A DNA stretch of 64,000 nt from Octopus sinensis (GCF_006345805.1 NW_021832227.1:124001-188000), one strand, 5' to 3'; numbered from the stretch's first letter, positions 26,974-40,654 are shown. The notes: generated by a model not told the origin, from the letters alone. Made by a program: numbers and translations.

Positions 26974-28568
26974 TTAGTAAGTTATTAATAATATATCCCC
27001 GGCTCCGATGAATAGATTTTTGAGTTCCACAGAATTTTTTGTCCCGTCAATGTTCATAATCATTCCATGTGAAACATGAGTTATCTTCGCGACATCTCTT
27101 TACAGTTAAAACAACGTTAGAACATTGATATTGATTGACTGTTTAAAGAAACTGCAATAAAGTATGACAGAAATCCGTCCCGTTTCACAGTGTACATAAT
27201 CACATCGTTTTCAGAATTCACATTATAGCTTCCCCATTTGAATGTATCTTGGTTATAAATGTCCAGATAAAAGGAAATGGTTGAGAATCCTTTAATTTCA
27301 GTTTCAGCTGCAGTTTGAATCTTTACATTTTTATCAAATTCCAACTTTTAGCCGTGCATGAAGAAATTACGTGAAAATCCCAAATTAGTTATTTGAGATG
27401 AGCTAAATCCTTTACTTACAGCTCCATCATTCCAATTCATGATTGGCTGACTATCCTGGGGAATAACAGTAGCTTTTATTAAATAAAAATATCCCTTACT
27501 TGGTACCGAGAGGAGTTCGTCCCCATAATTTATGACGATTGACCACCCTTGGAAGAACATTGGTAAACTTAAGTTTTTGCGTGAGGATGAATTGGTTTCA
27601 TCACTGATCTAAACAGATTTAAATAATTGGTTAGACTGTATAAGCTCTGTAAGGTTTAGTGCTAAAGCGAGTTCCATTTTGTTTGATGTTTTGAGAGCAT
27701 TGGGATACGGTTGTGCATTCGAATTTATTAATAATTAAATCAAGCTTTTTGTGCTCTTGCATGTTAGTTTTTAACTGCATTGCAATTATCCTGAAAATTA
27801 TTAATGTATCACTACTTGTCCGATGGAAGTACTTTTTTCAAGTTTTGGTAAACGGAAGAAAATAAATTCGGATCAAGGTCGTCTAAAACAATTCCGTCGA
27901 TGTAATACACCACTTTCAACAATGCAGATTTCATATCAGCATTGCTCATACTTTCTGTTTTGAAGTCAATTAGAAGATTAATGTCTGTCAATTTAGAATA
28001 GTGAATTCAAACCATATTGGCGTAATGCTTTGCTTAAAATAGCCAGGTCTTTATACGGCTCCAACGTAGGGACCAATTTTTTTTCAAAAACATCGGTTGT
28101 TTTGAAAACTTCGATCCAAATTGCACCAACATGAAGAGATCTAAGATAATCTAATTTTTGAATAATTCCTAAAAATGTCAATGGAATGTTTGACCGTTTA
28201 AGTCTCCAATTCCGTCATTATCAGAGTCAAAAAAAGATTTGACATTGATTCGGTAAATGACGGAGTTTTGGTACCATTTTTGATCCCAGGGAACAGTACA
28301 GATAGGGTTAGTAGTCACCAAAACAACCACGGATATGATCAATGCGACAAATACCAATGCAAACAAGGCCAGCAGACCATATCTTAGCTAAAAATAATCT
28401 TAAAAGCACTACCCTTCTCCAGAATGGAGTATTTGACTGAGTCAAAATCTCCTCGACTGATAACCCTGTGGGGGAATCGTCTTTCTCAACTCTTTGGCGA
28501 ATATTGTGACCTTCTTTCTCATTTAGATCTAAATTAATATTTTCAGTGATGCAATCGACTTTGGACAT
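26974..28568 (-). CDS. SLC3: SLC3 heavy chain (4F2hc/rBAT-like type II membrane protein with an alpha-amylase-like ectodomain)
   Basis: TGLSVEEIL..NTPFWRR, single TM, NPIC..KWYQNSVIYRINVKSFFDSDNDGIGDLNGIIQKLDYL, YGDEL, PIMNW..GFS. Confidence 0.9.
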
Positions 28569-28859
28569 TGAAAATACGATCAAATTATTATAATTTATAT
28601 TAGCATATAATGCCGCATTTTAATTCCGCTAATTTTATATTCCCTTTTAATAACAACAATTCATATCATTTGAAAAATTTAAAAGTCACATTGGTCACGT
28701 ATTGGGTCATAAAGTCACACCCGGAAATATCGATAAAATGTATGATAAGCTGCCTTTTCCAGAATTTTAATTTGTTGCCTATTAAACCAAAGTCCTTAGT
28801 AGATATGACTCAGGTGTATGATTGGTTTTGTGGTTACATAAATTTTTATTAATAAAAAA

Positions 28860-29850
28860 AGCAAATTAACCAATTAATTGCTTAACTAAGTATGAGTCTT
28901 AGAAATGATAAGCGAGTGGCACTCTGTGCACCACTTTCCGTTCTTCCTCCTCTTCTCTGGGTCTGTAGACCTCCGAGAAAGTGCAGTCGAGCGCCTCTCG
29001 TTGACTAAATGTCAAGAAATAGCTTGATCGGCAAGCATCAAACGGAATACTCTCCAAAGTCCTCTTAAGAACAGTATAAGCCTTTAGAGACTTATCTACT
29101 CCCAGCTATCTTAAGTACCCCTTGTGGTATTTAGTGACCAGTCCATCCCGATTCATCACACACGGAATGACATGGACTTTGCACTCAGCCCTAGCTCGTT
29201 TGCAAGGAGGTCATACTTCCTCCTTTTCTCCACTTCCACTGTCTGCAAGCGATCTAGGCACGTGATGTCCACTTCCACGACAACTATCTCCCCTGGTGAC
29301 CTTATCGCGGACCACAATATCGGGTTTATTGGGCTGGACAACAATCGAGATGCGTATTGAGTATCCACCTTAATGCAAACCTTTGAGTTCTCACACACTG
29401 ATTGAACTCGATGGATTTGCCACTTTCTGAACCGCCTCAAACCAACTTATTGCAGAGCAGAAGATGGAAAGACCTCACCATTTTTTATGCCTCCTTGTGT
29501 AATCATGGTAAAGAATACTCACACAATTCGTGGATAAATGGTCAAGGGTCATTGCTCTACTTTTATAGTGGTTACACTGTTTTTCTTGACCATTAAAAAA
29601 TTTTGTTGACCATTAAAATCTTACAAATATGAGAGTTATTTTCATATTTTAGCCATGTTGATGACGACGATACGTGCGGATTGTTCAGATTGCTAAAAGG
29701 AGTTTTATGAAGGACTTTTAAGTTGATCTTTTTAATTAGGGATTCTCTGCTAAGTTTGATCAAATCCTTCACATTAACTTGGGTTGCATCCAGACCATAT
29801 TTAGACGACACGTAGCCTTTTATGATCCCGTTCGGCCTCAACTATGTAGC
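28860..29850 (-). mobile_element. R4/Dong-like RLE LINE 3' fragment
   Basis: KPDIVV..EIVVVEVDIT..RLQTVEVEKRRKYDLLANEL endonuclease motif; same family type as 46900-50193. Confidence 0.8.
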
Positions 29851-30134
29851 GAAAAACAAAATAAAGAAATCTTATTTAGAGGCTGATATTATTAAATTTA
29901 ATGGAATTTCAAATGATAAAAATCCCAACTTTATATACATTTATAATAAATCTAATAAATTTTAATAATTAAAATATTGTGATTAGATCGCTCTAGTGAG
30001 GCCAATAAAGTTAATGGAATCAAAATATTTTCATATAAAATTGACTGCTAAAATCTAATATTAAATTAATATTTTTATTTAATTTTAATTAATTGTTAAG
30101 ATAAAATCAAATAAAATAATTTATAATTCAAAGA

Positions 30135-30803
30135 ATGCCTCTTCCTGTCTACCTTTACGTTCCTAATCTTATTGGTATTGTAATAAACAAAAAATTTATT
30201 TAACAGGTTATTCAAGAATATTATTCCTTTTTTTATTTGTGTATTATTCTCTTTCCAACTGTTCCCTGGCTGCATTATATTATTGCCTGTCCATGGGCCT
30301 CGATGCTCTGGACGGCTATTCTGCAAGGATTCTAAACCAAAGTTCAACTTTTGGGGCATTTTTGGATATGATTACCGACCGAATTACATCAGCATTTCTT
30401 ATTTCAATTCTTGTAATTTTATATCCGGATTATCGGCTTATTTTGTTTTTGAGCATGTTTATCGACATTGGAGGACATTGGATATTTTTTGCAGCGTAAA
30501 TTTTTTTGTTTATTTTACAGTTCTTTCCAGGAGGGGAGAAGCCATAAAGCAAGTTCCGCAAATCCAGTTCTCTGCCTTTATTATGGATCCAAGGTTGTCC
30601 TCACTTCACTCTGTGCTTTAAATGAACTTTTTTATATTCTTTTGTACGTCAAAAATTTTTTTGAAAGTATTTTTTGTAATGTTTTTTTAGTTTCGAATTA
30701 TTTAATGTTTCTATTATTTCCGTTCGCACTTGTTAAAACTTTGATTACTGTTGTCCACGTTTATGAAGCCTATAAGATGTTAACGTCTTTTAAAACTGAT
30801 TAA
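30135..30803 (+). CDS. CDIPT: Phosphatidylinositol synthase (CDP-alcohol phosphatidyltransferase)
   Basis: MPLPVYLYVPNLIGYSR, DALDGYSARILNQSSTFGAFLDMITDR, SHK, LCALNELFY. Confidence 0.93.
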
Positions 30804-32042
30804 TTCTTTTTATTTGGGTTTCAAATTAATTTTTTGGATAATTTTAATTCCTTTGGGTAAAAAATTAGATTTTTGTATTGTGGGAATTGTGAGTATTAAA
30901 CAGTAGGACACTCACAGTAAGTCAATAATGTTGTCGGTTAGTTTATTATTAGCAATTATGTTCTTATTTAACAAAAAATTAATTTCTTTTTTGTTTTTTG
31001 TCTTGATTGTGAGTTCATTTTTCCCGGTATCGAGTTTTGTAACTAAACTGAAAACAAATTATTCATGTGATAATTAAAGACTTATTATCCGCCCGTTACT
31101 AAGGATTAATCTACTTCTTTTGGAGTAACAAACACGACTTTTTTATCCTCTGTTTCCAAATCAGTTTATGTAGTTTTGAAAAACTTGTAAACGACTTTGT
31201 CTCAGTGAAATTATTTTGACTTGAGTGCTTTAGAGGCTAGACAACTTTCTAGTCAAAAGCTCTTATTTATAGCAATTCTCAACTTTGACCTGTTTCAGGC
31301 GGCCCTGAGAAATGATTTTCATTTTGACGAGAATAGTTTAATTTTTTTAAACAAGGATGTTTAATTTCTTATTTCAAAGAATAAGTAGGTTTTTCAACAT
31401 TTTGTGTAGATGTGATTGACTGAATTGAGTATCTTTTATATTATTTTACTTTGCTGATTCCATGCTACTCACAGAGGTGCAAATGAATACCTCTCACGAC
31501 TTTCTTATATCTTCTGACATAATGGCTGTTGAACATATGTCTGCACTGGGTTGCCAAGTGATCCACAATTTTTTGTTTCAAAAAATGCAAGATCCAAATT
31601 AACAAAAACAACGATCAAATGTCAAAAAGCAATGGTATTCCCCCTGAGGAATTTTTTTATTTTGTTTTAAACATATAAAATAGACCTGCAGTGTTTTCCT
31701 AAAATCTTCAATTTGTTTGTACCGTGTATTGACGTATTGTAAATAAAAACAATCTTTTTTAAATTAATGAGACATTTCTTAAACTATCGGCTGGATGCGG
31801 ATGTGGAAGAAATTCATTTTATTGATTAGTCAAATCTAAATTTATCATTTGTATTTATACCTCTCGACTTGACTTTAAATCCATGGAGCACGTGATCTAC
31901 TAAACAAATGTTTGACTCGAAATTCCGTCAACATTTTGATCATTAATTTATTTTTAAATTCCTTTCTGTTATCTGTGTGTAATAATAACGAGTCTCTATA
32001 TGTACAAAAACGCTGCAAATCTATCAGGTCGTCTATATACAG

Positions 32043-34399
32043 CAGCGGTTCTCAACCTTTTTTAGACTGGGGACCACTTTTGCACTATAAAATTTTGTGG
32101 GGACCACCTTAAATAAAATAAACATTTTTTGGTATTAGCGCACAATTTTTGGCCTCGTCAGGGCCAGGTTTAGACATGTTCAAATATTTATTATAAAAAT
32201 AACATGAACATTATGAAAATAACAGAAAATTTAATAGTAATTTAGTGAGATTTCTGATCTTGTTTGCTCAGAATAATTTTACTTATATCAGGCTCTATGT
32301 TCGACAAAGCTACTCGCATATCATCTTGTACCCGTAGTCTATTTCTATATTTTGTTTTTAGAAAAGTCAGACACGACATCGCCATTTCACAGTGATAAGT
32401 AGTGGGGAATGCAAGTATTGATTCCAATGCAGTTTTACTCAAAATGGGAAATTCTTTCGCCATCTGACACCTAACAATAAAAAGTAATTATTTATGAGAA
32501 TACCAAAAATCTAATAATGAAGTACATTTGAAAATAATCTGAGCAGACTGATTACATTGAAGTTCAATCAAGCTCTGCTGAAAATTGAGTTCCTGATATT
32601 CTTTAAATGAGGTCAAGAAAGGTTGAACGATCCAGTTTGGAATTGGGTCTTCAACAGGAAAATAATCATCAAATTTTGTCTTGAGATTTTCCAGATGTTT
32701 GATTATCAGACTTAGAAGAACATTATCCGGTGGGTTGTGTCCGAGATGATATTCAAGCATTGGGAACATTGATGTTATTCCTTTTTTTATTTTCATTATC
32801 CACAATAATAACTTTTTTTTAAAAGCCATTATTATTTGATTGACTTCGACAATTGATATATAAAGACCTTTAAATAAATTAATAAAAATTTTACCCTGCA
32901 TTGACAAATTAAACTCATTTAAAATGTTAAAAAAATCGGCAAGATAATACATTTTCGATTTAAAAGTAAAATCATCGAATTGATCGGCCCAATCATGCTG
33001 CATATTATCACGCAAAAACAAAGAGATCGCAGGAGAAAGTTCACAAATTCTCGAAAGGATTTTCCCCCTTGAAAGCCACCTAATTTCAGAATGATAAAGT
33101 AGTATAGAATGATTACTTCCTAACTCTTCACAAAGAGTTTGGAAAATTCGATGATTAAGTGGTCGAGATCGAATATAGTTTATCACTTTTACAATAGTGT
33201 TTAGTGTTTCTCTTAACGACGAACACATAGTTTTTAAACAAAGTGCATATTTGTGCAATGCACAATGTCTTGTAACAATATCAGGAACCAAATCCTTAAT
33301 ACGAGTAACAAGTCCAGATTGATGACCAATCATCGCAGGTGCACCATCAGTACATATAGATCCAACTTTATCCCATTGGATTTTATTCGTCTTCATAAAA
33401 TTGTCAAAAATATTAAAGATGTCCTCTCCACGAGTGTGTCCATCCATCTCCAAACAAAATAAAAACTCATCAATAATATTCTCATCATCAACAAAGCGAA
33501 CATAGGACACAAGCTGACAGACGTTAGAAATGTCAGTTGACTCGTCCAATTGAATACTTATTCTGCATTTACTTTTATTGATTCTTTCAATTAATTGCTT
33601 CAGGATATCGGATGACAATTCTGAAATTCTACGGGAAATTGAATGGTATGTCCTTAAGTTTGGTAACTGCATCCGGACCAAACAAAATTCGAGCCATTTC
33701 AAAAGCCGCTGGTTTGATTAACTTTTCACCAGAATTATGTGCAGCTTTGTTTTTTGCGATAATCATTGAGACATATTTGTTTTAGATATAAATTAAAATT
33801 ACAGCATATGATGCTTCTAATCTCGGTTTATCTTGAGATTTATTAAACCACTCAAGCTTTGGCTGTAAATCAAACTTCGTTCTTTTGACTTTAAAATATT
33901 CATGTGAGGAAGAATTTTCTGGGTGTACAGACTCTTTGTGGCGCCTAAGTTGAGAAGGTTTCAGTGAATTGTTTCCCAAAATTTTATGGCAAATCATGCA
34001 TTTTGCCTTTATTTCATTATTTGGGGCAATGAATTTAGTGAATCCAAATTGTACGTAAGAATTCGACCAAAGACGACGATTCTTGTTAACCATAACTAGA
34101 ATGATAAACCACGCTAATCAAATCAGATTAATTTCAATGTTTTTGATTTATACTTAATTGTACAATTAGTTTTAAATTTAATATATTGTTATTTTTCGAA
34201 AATTTCTGGGGACCACTAAAAATTTTCTGGGGACCACGATTGAGAACCGCTTGATTAATTTCAATGTTTTTGATTTATACTTAATTGTACAATTAGTTTT
34301 AACTTTAATATATTTTTATTTTTCGAAAATTCCTGGGGACCACTAAAAATTTTCTGGGGACCACTAGTGGTCCCCGGGGACCACGGTTGAGAACCGCTG
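32043..34399 (-). mobile_element. Buster/Charlie-type hAT transposon, near full length; transposase 34093-32242 with 3 micro-introns and a frameshift near 33645
   Basis: 15-bp TIRs CAGCGGTTCTCAACC, 8-bp TSD ATATACAG; BED finger CMIC..H...H, LDESTD, CTDGAPAM, HCALH, RWLSRG, FPTTYHCE. Confidence 0.96.
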
Positions 34400-34404
34400 A
34401 TATA

Positions 34405-34620
34405 CAGTATGGTCCAAAAATATTACACCCCTTGAAATTCATTAATTTTTTTAAATATATGTATAATTAAACTCATTTTGATTTTCTACAAAATGAAAAA
34501 TTCATTAAACTCTAAAATAGATATAATTCATAAAAAATGATTAAATAAATCTATTATTCTAACAGATATAAGATTTTTTCGACAAAAAAACAAGGGGTGT
34601 AATATTTTTGGACCATACTG
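34405..34620. mobile_element. Tc1/mariner-type MITE (216 bp)
   Basis: Perfect TIRs of about 30 bp, CAGTATGGTCCAAAAATATTACACCCCTTG, flanked by TA. Confidence 0.9.
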
Positions 34621-35039
34621 TATATCTCGCCTATGTTTTTTGCACTAATCGATTTTATCAAAGACATTGTTTCCAAAAGCTTCTTAGACACACAAACTGG
34701 ACAGCGTTAAGAATAACTCCAGAATTTTTGGAAAAAGAGAAATTTCTAATGTATTAAATGATCATTGGACGTCGAATGAAGATTTGGCGGTTGTCCAAAT
34801 TAGCAATAAAATTGAGGTCCTCTCCCGGTATCGAGTTTTCTAAAATCAATTAATTAATCAATATTAAAAATATTAAACTGATAAGTCAACTTATACACGT
34901 TTTCTAGTTAATTTTTTCCACATATCAAAGTCGTTTTCATTGTTTACAAAATCACTTTATTCAGGTCTACTTAAACAGTAAAGATTTTGAAATAGCAAGA
35001 CTATTCTTGAAATTATTACGTAACAATTCATTCGCAGAT

Positions 35040-35170
35040 CAATTTGGAGGATTATAGCCCATCTCTTAACAATACTTTTAACAAAGGTGGTTATTTACAA
35101 AGGAATCTCAAATCTCTTTTTGCCATCGATCCATACCGAGTAGATACTCTTTATTGATACATTAATTAAT
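35040..35170 (-). mobile_element. Small fragment of the R4-like LINE RT
   Basis: Reverse complement resembles 47105-47255 (GGTATGGATCGATG..., TTTGTTAAAAGTATTGTT..AGATGG..CCTCCAAATT) with an internal deletion. Confidence 0.6.
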
Positions 35171-35534
35171 AAAAGTCTGTTATTTTGGACTCTGGTATCG
35201 TTTTCTCGGCCCAAACTTTCTATCAAAAATTAGACAAATGAATTCACAAAGTCCGATAGTTTCGAGTTGATAAAATATCGCTCATTTCTATTTAGGTACT
35301 ACAAAGCTGTTTTTAATGGGGATTTTTTATATGTACTGAAAGACCTCAAAAAATCTAGTTCCTCTCATCCAGAGGCTTGTTAACCCTGCCTTAGGATTGG
35401 TAGGAGTGAGAGACTGATTGTTGTTTTTTATTGTACATTTAAAATGATTTTTGAGAGCCATAATATGTTAATTTGATAATATTTTATACTATAATTTTAA
35501 TAATTTAAATAATTGAATTATTTTTCAGTGTGTC

Positions 35535-36378
35535 ATGGGACGTTGTATTCGTAAAACAACAATAGAATACGACTCAGATAGTGATCAAGACAACACAAGG
35601 TTTCAAATTGAATATTTATTTAAAATATCAGTAACGTTGTTTCTGCTGCCAAATTTATCCTTGAATCCCGAAAACGAAAGCACGGCGTAGATACAATTCA
35701 ACTTGAAACTCTTGATAAATCAAGCATAAATAAAGTAAAAAATACATATCATACCAAAAGGAATCAAAGGAGCATCAACTCAGAAAGGAAATGTATTTAA
35801 CACACAAAATGCCATTAATTTAGACGACATTATGACGAGGATCCCCCTGAAATAGGAACAACCTTCACAAGCCAATCAAACATCAGAGACGAGGATGCCG
35901 ACATGTATTACGTAATTATTTCTGATTTTAGGAACGAATATGTAAAGAAAAGATTAGCTCAAATACAAGGAAAAAAGCCAAAAGATTCTGACGATAAGCC
36001 AAAGTTTGTTTAAGTTTGTTTAGAAGCGTAGAGTGACTGAGGATCCCATGATGGAAATTTTCCGTAAATGGGCACCTCCAAAATAAATCCCGACGACGGG
36101 TTTTTTCAAATACCGACAATTACTGAATATGAACTCGGATCTGAGTTTTGTGGTCGTTTTTTAGTTTTCTGTTAGAGACAAGAAGAACGAAGTTGCCAAA
36201 AAAAAGAAAACGTCAAAAAATGGAACTGCCGATTCTGCTGGAATGAATGATTTACTTCCTGGTGTGAGATGTATTTTGTGGTTTATTAATTTAAGTTTTG
36301 TCTGAAGGCCATAGAACTTTTAATGTCGATCGAGAGGCTGAGGAGTTTTTCTTAAAGAGGACTAATGTTTATAAATAA
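35535..36378 (+). CDS. C9orf78: C9orf78/TLS1 (Hep_59) spliceosome-associated protein
   Basis: RKRKHGV and FTSQSNIRDEDADM match the family motifs RKRPNGV and FSAETNRRDEDADM as recalled. Exon structure approximate. Confidence 0.7.
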
Positions 36379-36479
36379 ATATTTTCGTTTTTTTTCATTA
36401 AAATTGGGCTTTAAGTATCTTTTTGAATGATTAGTACAGTTCTATTTAGTTAATCCATTCAATTAGTTTATATTATTAA

Positions 36480-37850
36480 GGCACAGTCCGAGAAAACATA
36501 AAGTTAATTAAAACTCCTTTTTGCCTTGTTTTCAAATATTATTTCTGTTACTTTCAACTGGGATTTATTGTTGCGCGCAATTTCTTTGTCCAAATTTTCC
36601 GCCGACTTTATTCGCCGACTAACACTCAATAGGTCTTTATTTAAAATGGTCGAAAATGTCGCTCTGGGTCTTCCACAGAATCTAGACTCTGTTCGCGCAA
36701 AGAAATGATTTATTGTGTTTTATTCTATTTTAGTACTTTTGATTGGGAGAAATTTGGTCAAGCACCAGCTTCAGAAATGTGGAAAAGAACACGTTTTGTG
36801 TGAAGCTAGAAAATATAAACCTTAACTGAAAATGGATTTTAACTTAAATTAAAATTAGATTCGCTATTTTGCCGAAACTCAACACCAATTCACAGTGGAA
36901 TTTAGTAAGAATTTAAGGAAAATATTTTACAAGTGTGACAATGTAAAATATTGCAGTCGAATAATGGATTATAGTTTAAAAAATCAATAATTAAAGAATT
37001 ATGCAGGACATTAAAAATCAGACAGCAAAATTATCCTCAATCGCATTTTATCGGAGTCACTCGGCTCGAATTCGATCAAGCTAACGTAGTAGTTCACCAG
37101 TTAAATCGTATACTTGTTCAAGCTATGAAATAAGTTCCGTGCATTGAGGCGAGCATTTCATGGTATTGCCGTCCTAGTCATTTTTTCCCAATAGATTGTC
37201 TTCATGGAGAGACGTATTGAAGCATGTCTTAAAAGTTCTGCTGGAATATTGTCTGGCCCTGCAGATCTTAAAGTGTTCAGTTTTTTAATGACTTGTTGAA
37301 TTTCCGAGACACTTATTGGGTCTGTTGATGCGGATTTGCCAGTTTTCAAAAGTTTCGACGTGTGGTCAGTTTCAGATGCATGTTGAGAAAAGAATCTAAG
37401 TATGAAACTTTTTGACGTCTTCAGTAACGGTACGGCCGAGATTATCCTGGACAGTGATAGGAAACAAACACTTCTTACTGTTGAAGAGGAAAATTGCTTA
37501 AAACATTTTTAGTCTATCTTCGTGTTTTATACGTTCGGAAATTTGTATTTCTGCTTCTTTTTTAACAAAAGATTTTTGTAGTTTTATTTTTGTTAATACT
37601 TTACCTCTCTGCGTGCGGAGTTTGGTTTTTCAGGTAAAATTGTATTTTCAGATTGTAGTCTGATTTTTTTGTATTAGAGAAAGTCGACCAATTTCATTGT
37701 ACTGTATTTTTGTCTGTTGTGCACAGCAGACAGAGATATTGTATTTATATAAATCTCGGGCAAGTTGTTGTTTTTTATAACTATAACTGAGTCTTCTGCA
37801 GTTTAAAAATCTAAGAGGAAAGGAGAAATCAGTAAAGAATACAAATAAGA
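36480..37850 (-). mobile_element. Degenerate RTE-like APE LINE remnant
   Basis: Endonuclease start LNCRRL..QQLARDLYKYNISVCCAQQT, pre-RT SAGPDNIPAELL, and a 3' part shared with 23840-24060. Confidence 0.75.
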
Positions 37851-38215
37851 CATAAGTGCAAAAGAGGCACTTCACCACCTTAGCCACGTAGTTTTTTTAC
37901 GAATGGTAATTGTGGAAAATCTTTAAGCATTTCCTATTAGACTCAATATTGATGTAAAAGAAAAACATTACGACTACTATTATTTCTTTCTCTTCCGCCT
38001 GAATAAATAAGAGAGTGGAAAGCTGTTCTAAAAAGACATCGATTATTGCGCTTTACAAATGACTGTCGTGTTTTGGGAGGACTATGCTACATTGAGTATG
38101 AATAACATCTAAATTATACTGTAATAAGAGATTCGAATATTTTTAAAATATTTTGTTTATTGGGAACTTCAGAGGTTTAACTTTCTAAAAGTCATTATTT
38201 TACTGACAAATAATA

Positions 38216-39388
38216 TGTCACAGTCCGTTTATGAAACACGCCGTTAATGAAACGCCAACATCAAATTAGAAAAAAAATTGATTTTGTCAATAAAAAATTT
38301 ATAAATTGACAAATACCTGCGCTGGTATTGAATTGAAATGTTTATTTTCTATGTAACAAACTCGTCACTAGATTAAAAGGGGAGAGAAGAGCCAAACGAA
38401 ACCAAGGAGACGGAAGAAACAAGTTTGTTTGCTGATTGGGGTCAATTCTAATGGGACACCAGATGTCCCTTCGATAAAAATAACGACCCCTTGCACCACT
38501 ATTTATTTAAGTGATGCAACAGTTTTTCAATGGATCGTACCGATCCCTCCAGCTCTGGGGTTAGTTTGGATTTTAAGTCCAAGCCATGTGCCAGTTTAAT
38601 GGCATATCTCCGCGTTTTCTCCAAAAGATCAATATGTTTCTTTCCTTCGCAGCTCCGAACCATCCTTGAGATCCATAGATCAGGAAGGGTTCTATACACG
38701 CAGAGTATACGTATAAGAACGTACGTATAAGAACGTTTCCTGCGCTGGTATTTGGGTTTAAATATATTCAATTAAAAAATTAAAATCGATGCCAAAGCAG
38801 AATGTGCTTTAAAACCGATTTCATAAATAAAAATAATATTTTAAAATTAATAATTGATATTTTAGAATAATGAGAAAAAATTCTAAATGCTTCATAATGT
38901 ATTAAAATGTCAAAACAAGAATCTTCTGAAGGAGCAAGCCTGTCTGCACAGTTCATTTGTGATTAGAAGACCTAATTTTAGAGATTGAAACGAGAAATAG
39001 CAATGAGATCTGTCAAATTATTACCCCCTTCACAACCTAAACCAAATTAGCGTTCAGTATTCATTGATTTTACTTTTTCTATTAAGGTCTACTTATAAAT
39101 TATTTTATGAGATTCAATGGAAAATTTAAGTTATTTCAATTTTAATTTTAAATTATGTTAAAATTTAAAATCATTTTATAAATATATTTTTTTACTTTGC
39201 CTTGTTACCCTATTCAAAGCACCTAGTGTCCATTTAACGGCGTGTCCATTCTATGGACGGGCACATTTATAACTAATTAATCATTTCCAATGACGATTTG
39301 TATTAATTTATCTTTTTTTCGATATGATTTTTTGTCAATTTGATGTTGGCGTTTCATTAACGGCGTGTTTCTTTATCGGACTGTGACA
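38216..39388. mobile_element. Non-autonomous TGT..ACA TIR element (Ginger-like)
   Basis: TIRs of about 60 bp, TGTCACAGTCCG..GAAACACGCCGTTAATGAAACGCCAACATCAAATT; 5-bp TSD TAATA. Confidence 0.85.
38330..38738 (-). mobile_element. 5'-truncated LINE 3' end nested in the Ginger-like element
   Basis: 14-bp TSD CCTGCGCTGGTATT (38316, 38739); peptide LLEKTRRYAIKLAHG, related to 47382-47850. Confidence 0.8.
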
Positions 39389-40654
39389 TAATATAGACAA
39401 ATTAAAATTGTATTACCATAGAACTAATATTCTTACAACAGAGTCCTCTACATGGTGTGGTTTTTTTTAGTTTTAAGTTATTCCAGTTTCAACTTCTTTA
39501 GAATATATATTGCTTTATTGTGAGTAACCTGGCGATCTATGTCAAAATTTTACTTCCAATTTTTTCAAAAAAGTTTCTTCGACCAACCAAATAGATCATT
39601 ATTCTACATAACAAAAGTACTTCTAAATAAACAGGATTCTCGACAACAGAAAACTTTTAACTTAATCGAGTCGATTCCGGTAATATAAAATTAGCGCGAA
39701 GAAATTAGACGACCTCTCTTTTCTCGAACGAAAGTGAAACAGATTCACGTTGTTCGTAAAAAACATACTTTTATTCCTTTAGAGTTGTCGTAATTTGTAA
39801 CAATTATTACTTGGTGACAAATAGTATGTAATTCATTTAAAAAATAAAATGGATTTGATTAGAAGATCCACTCAAGGTTTTATAAGACTTTAAATCAGGA
39901 ATTTTTCAACAGCCATGCCACATGTTTATATGCAGAATCTTTTTAAAAACAACTCAAATTACAGAACTCTTTGAATTTAGTTTTCACGTCAAAAAAGAAA
40001 TCTTCGGCAACATCGAAGAACGACTCAAAAATACAAAAAATTCTAAAGAAAAATGGAAACCGCAAAATTAGGCTTCAGAAACATCAAAGAAAAGATAGAA
40101 ATCAACGATCGATCAAAATATTAGTTGCTTAAACTCTCAAATGTTGCTGAAACATGCTAAGACCTTGATTTTAGTGTAACAGGGTATTTTGTGATGATAT
40201 TTACCGCCTTTCCGACAGACCCCTTTAGTTGCTCGGAAAAGGCGATGAAGTGATAAAACTCTTTAAAAATCGGACTGTGAACTATATTTCCATAATGACC
40301 AGACTCTCAGTAACTGCGCCAAAATATTATACAAGCTCAAAAATCGCAACTTTAAAAACTTTTATCTAGAAAAAAATAATCCCTCACGAAATCTTTAATG
40401 CCTCAGAAGAACAGGAACCACTGCTAGTTTTCCTAAAAGAATTGATTCTTATTTAAAACTCTGTTTAGAACATAATTCTTTGTATCCTCGTTGCGAATAT
40501 TATTATCTACCGATAGTCCTGTTCTATTTATTGTCCTCATTTCATTATACCTATTCAAAAGGCATTCCAAAGAATTTTTAATTATTAAATTTGATTAAAT
40601 GTGGACATATAAAACAAATAGTTCTCTTGTTGCCACGATTGATCAATTTAACTA

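Noticed and set aside
31000-31900. Older element enclosing the hAT and MITE (TCCCGGTATCGAGTTTT at about 31022 and 34823)
   Set aside because: Only a short shared 17-mer; boundaries and coding identity could not be supported.
39540-40420. Additional LINE remnant
   Set aside because: Only faint endonuclease-like traces; too decayed to call.
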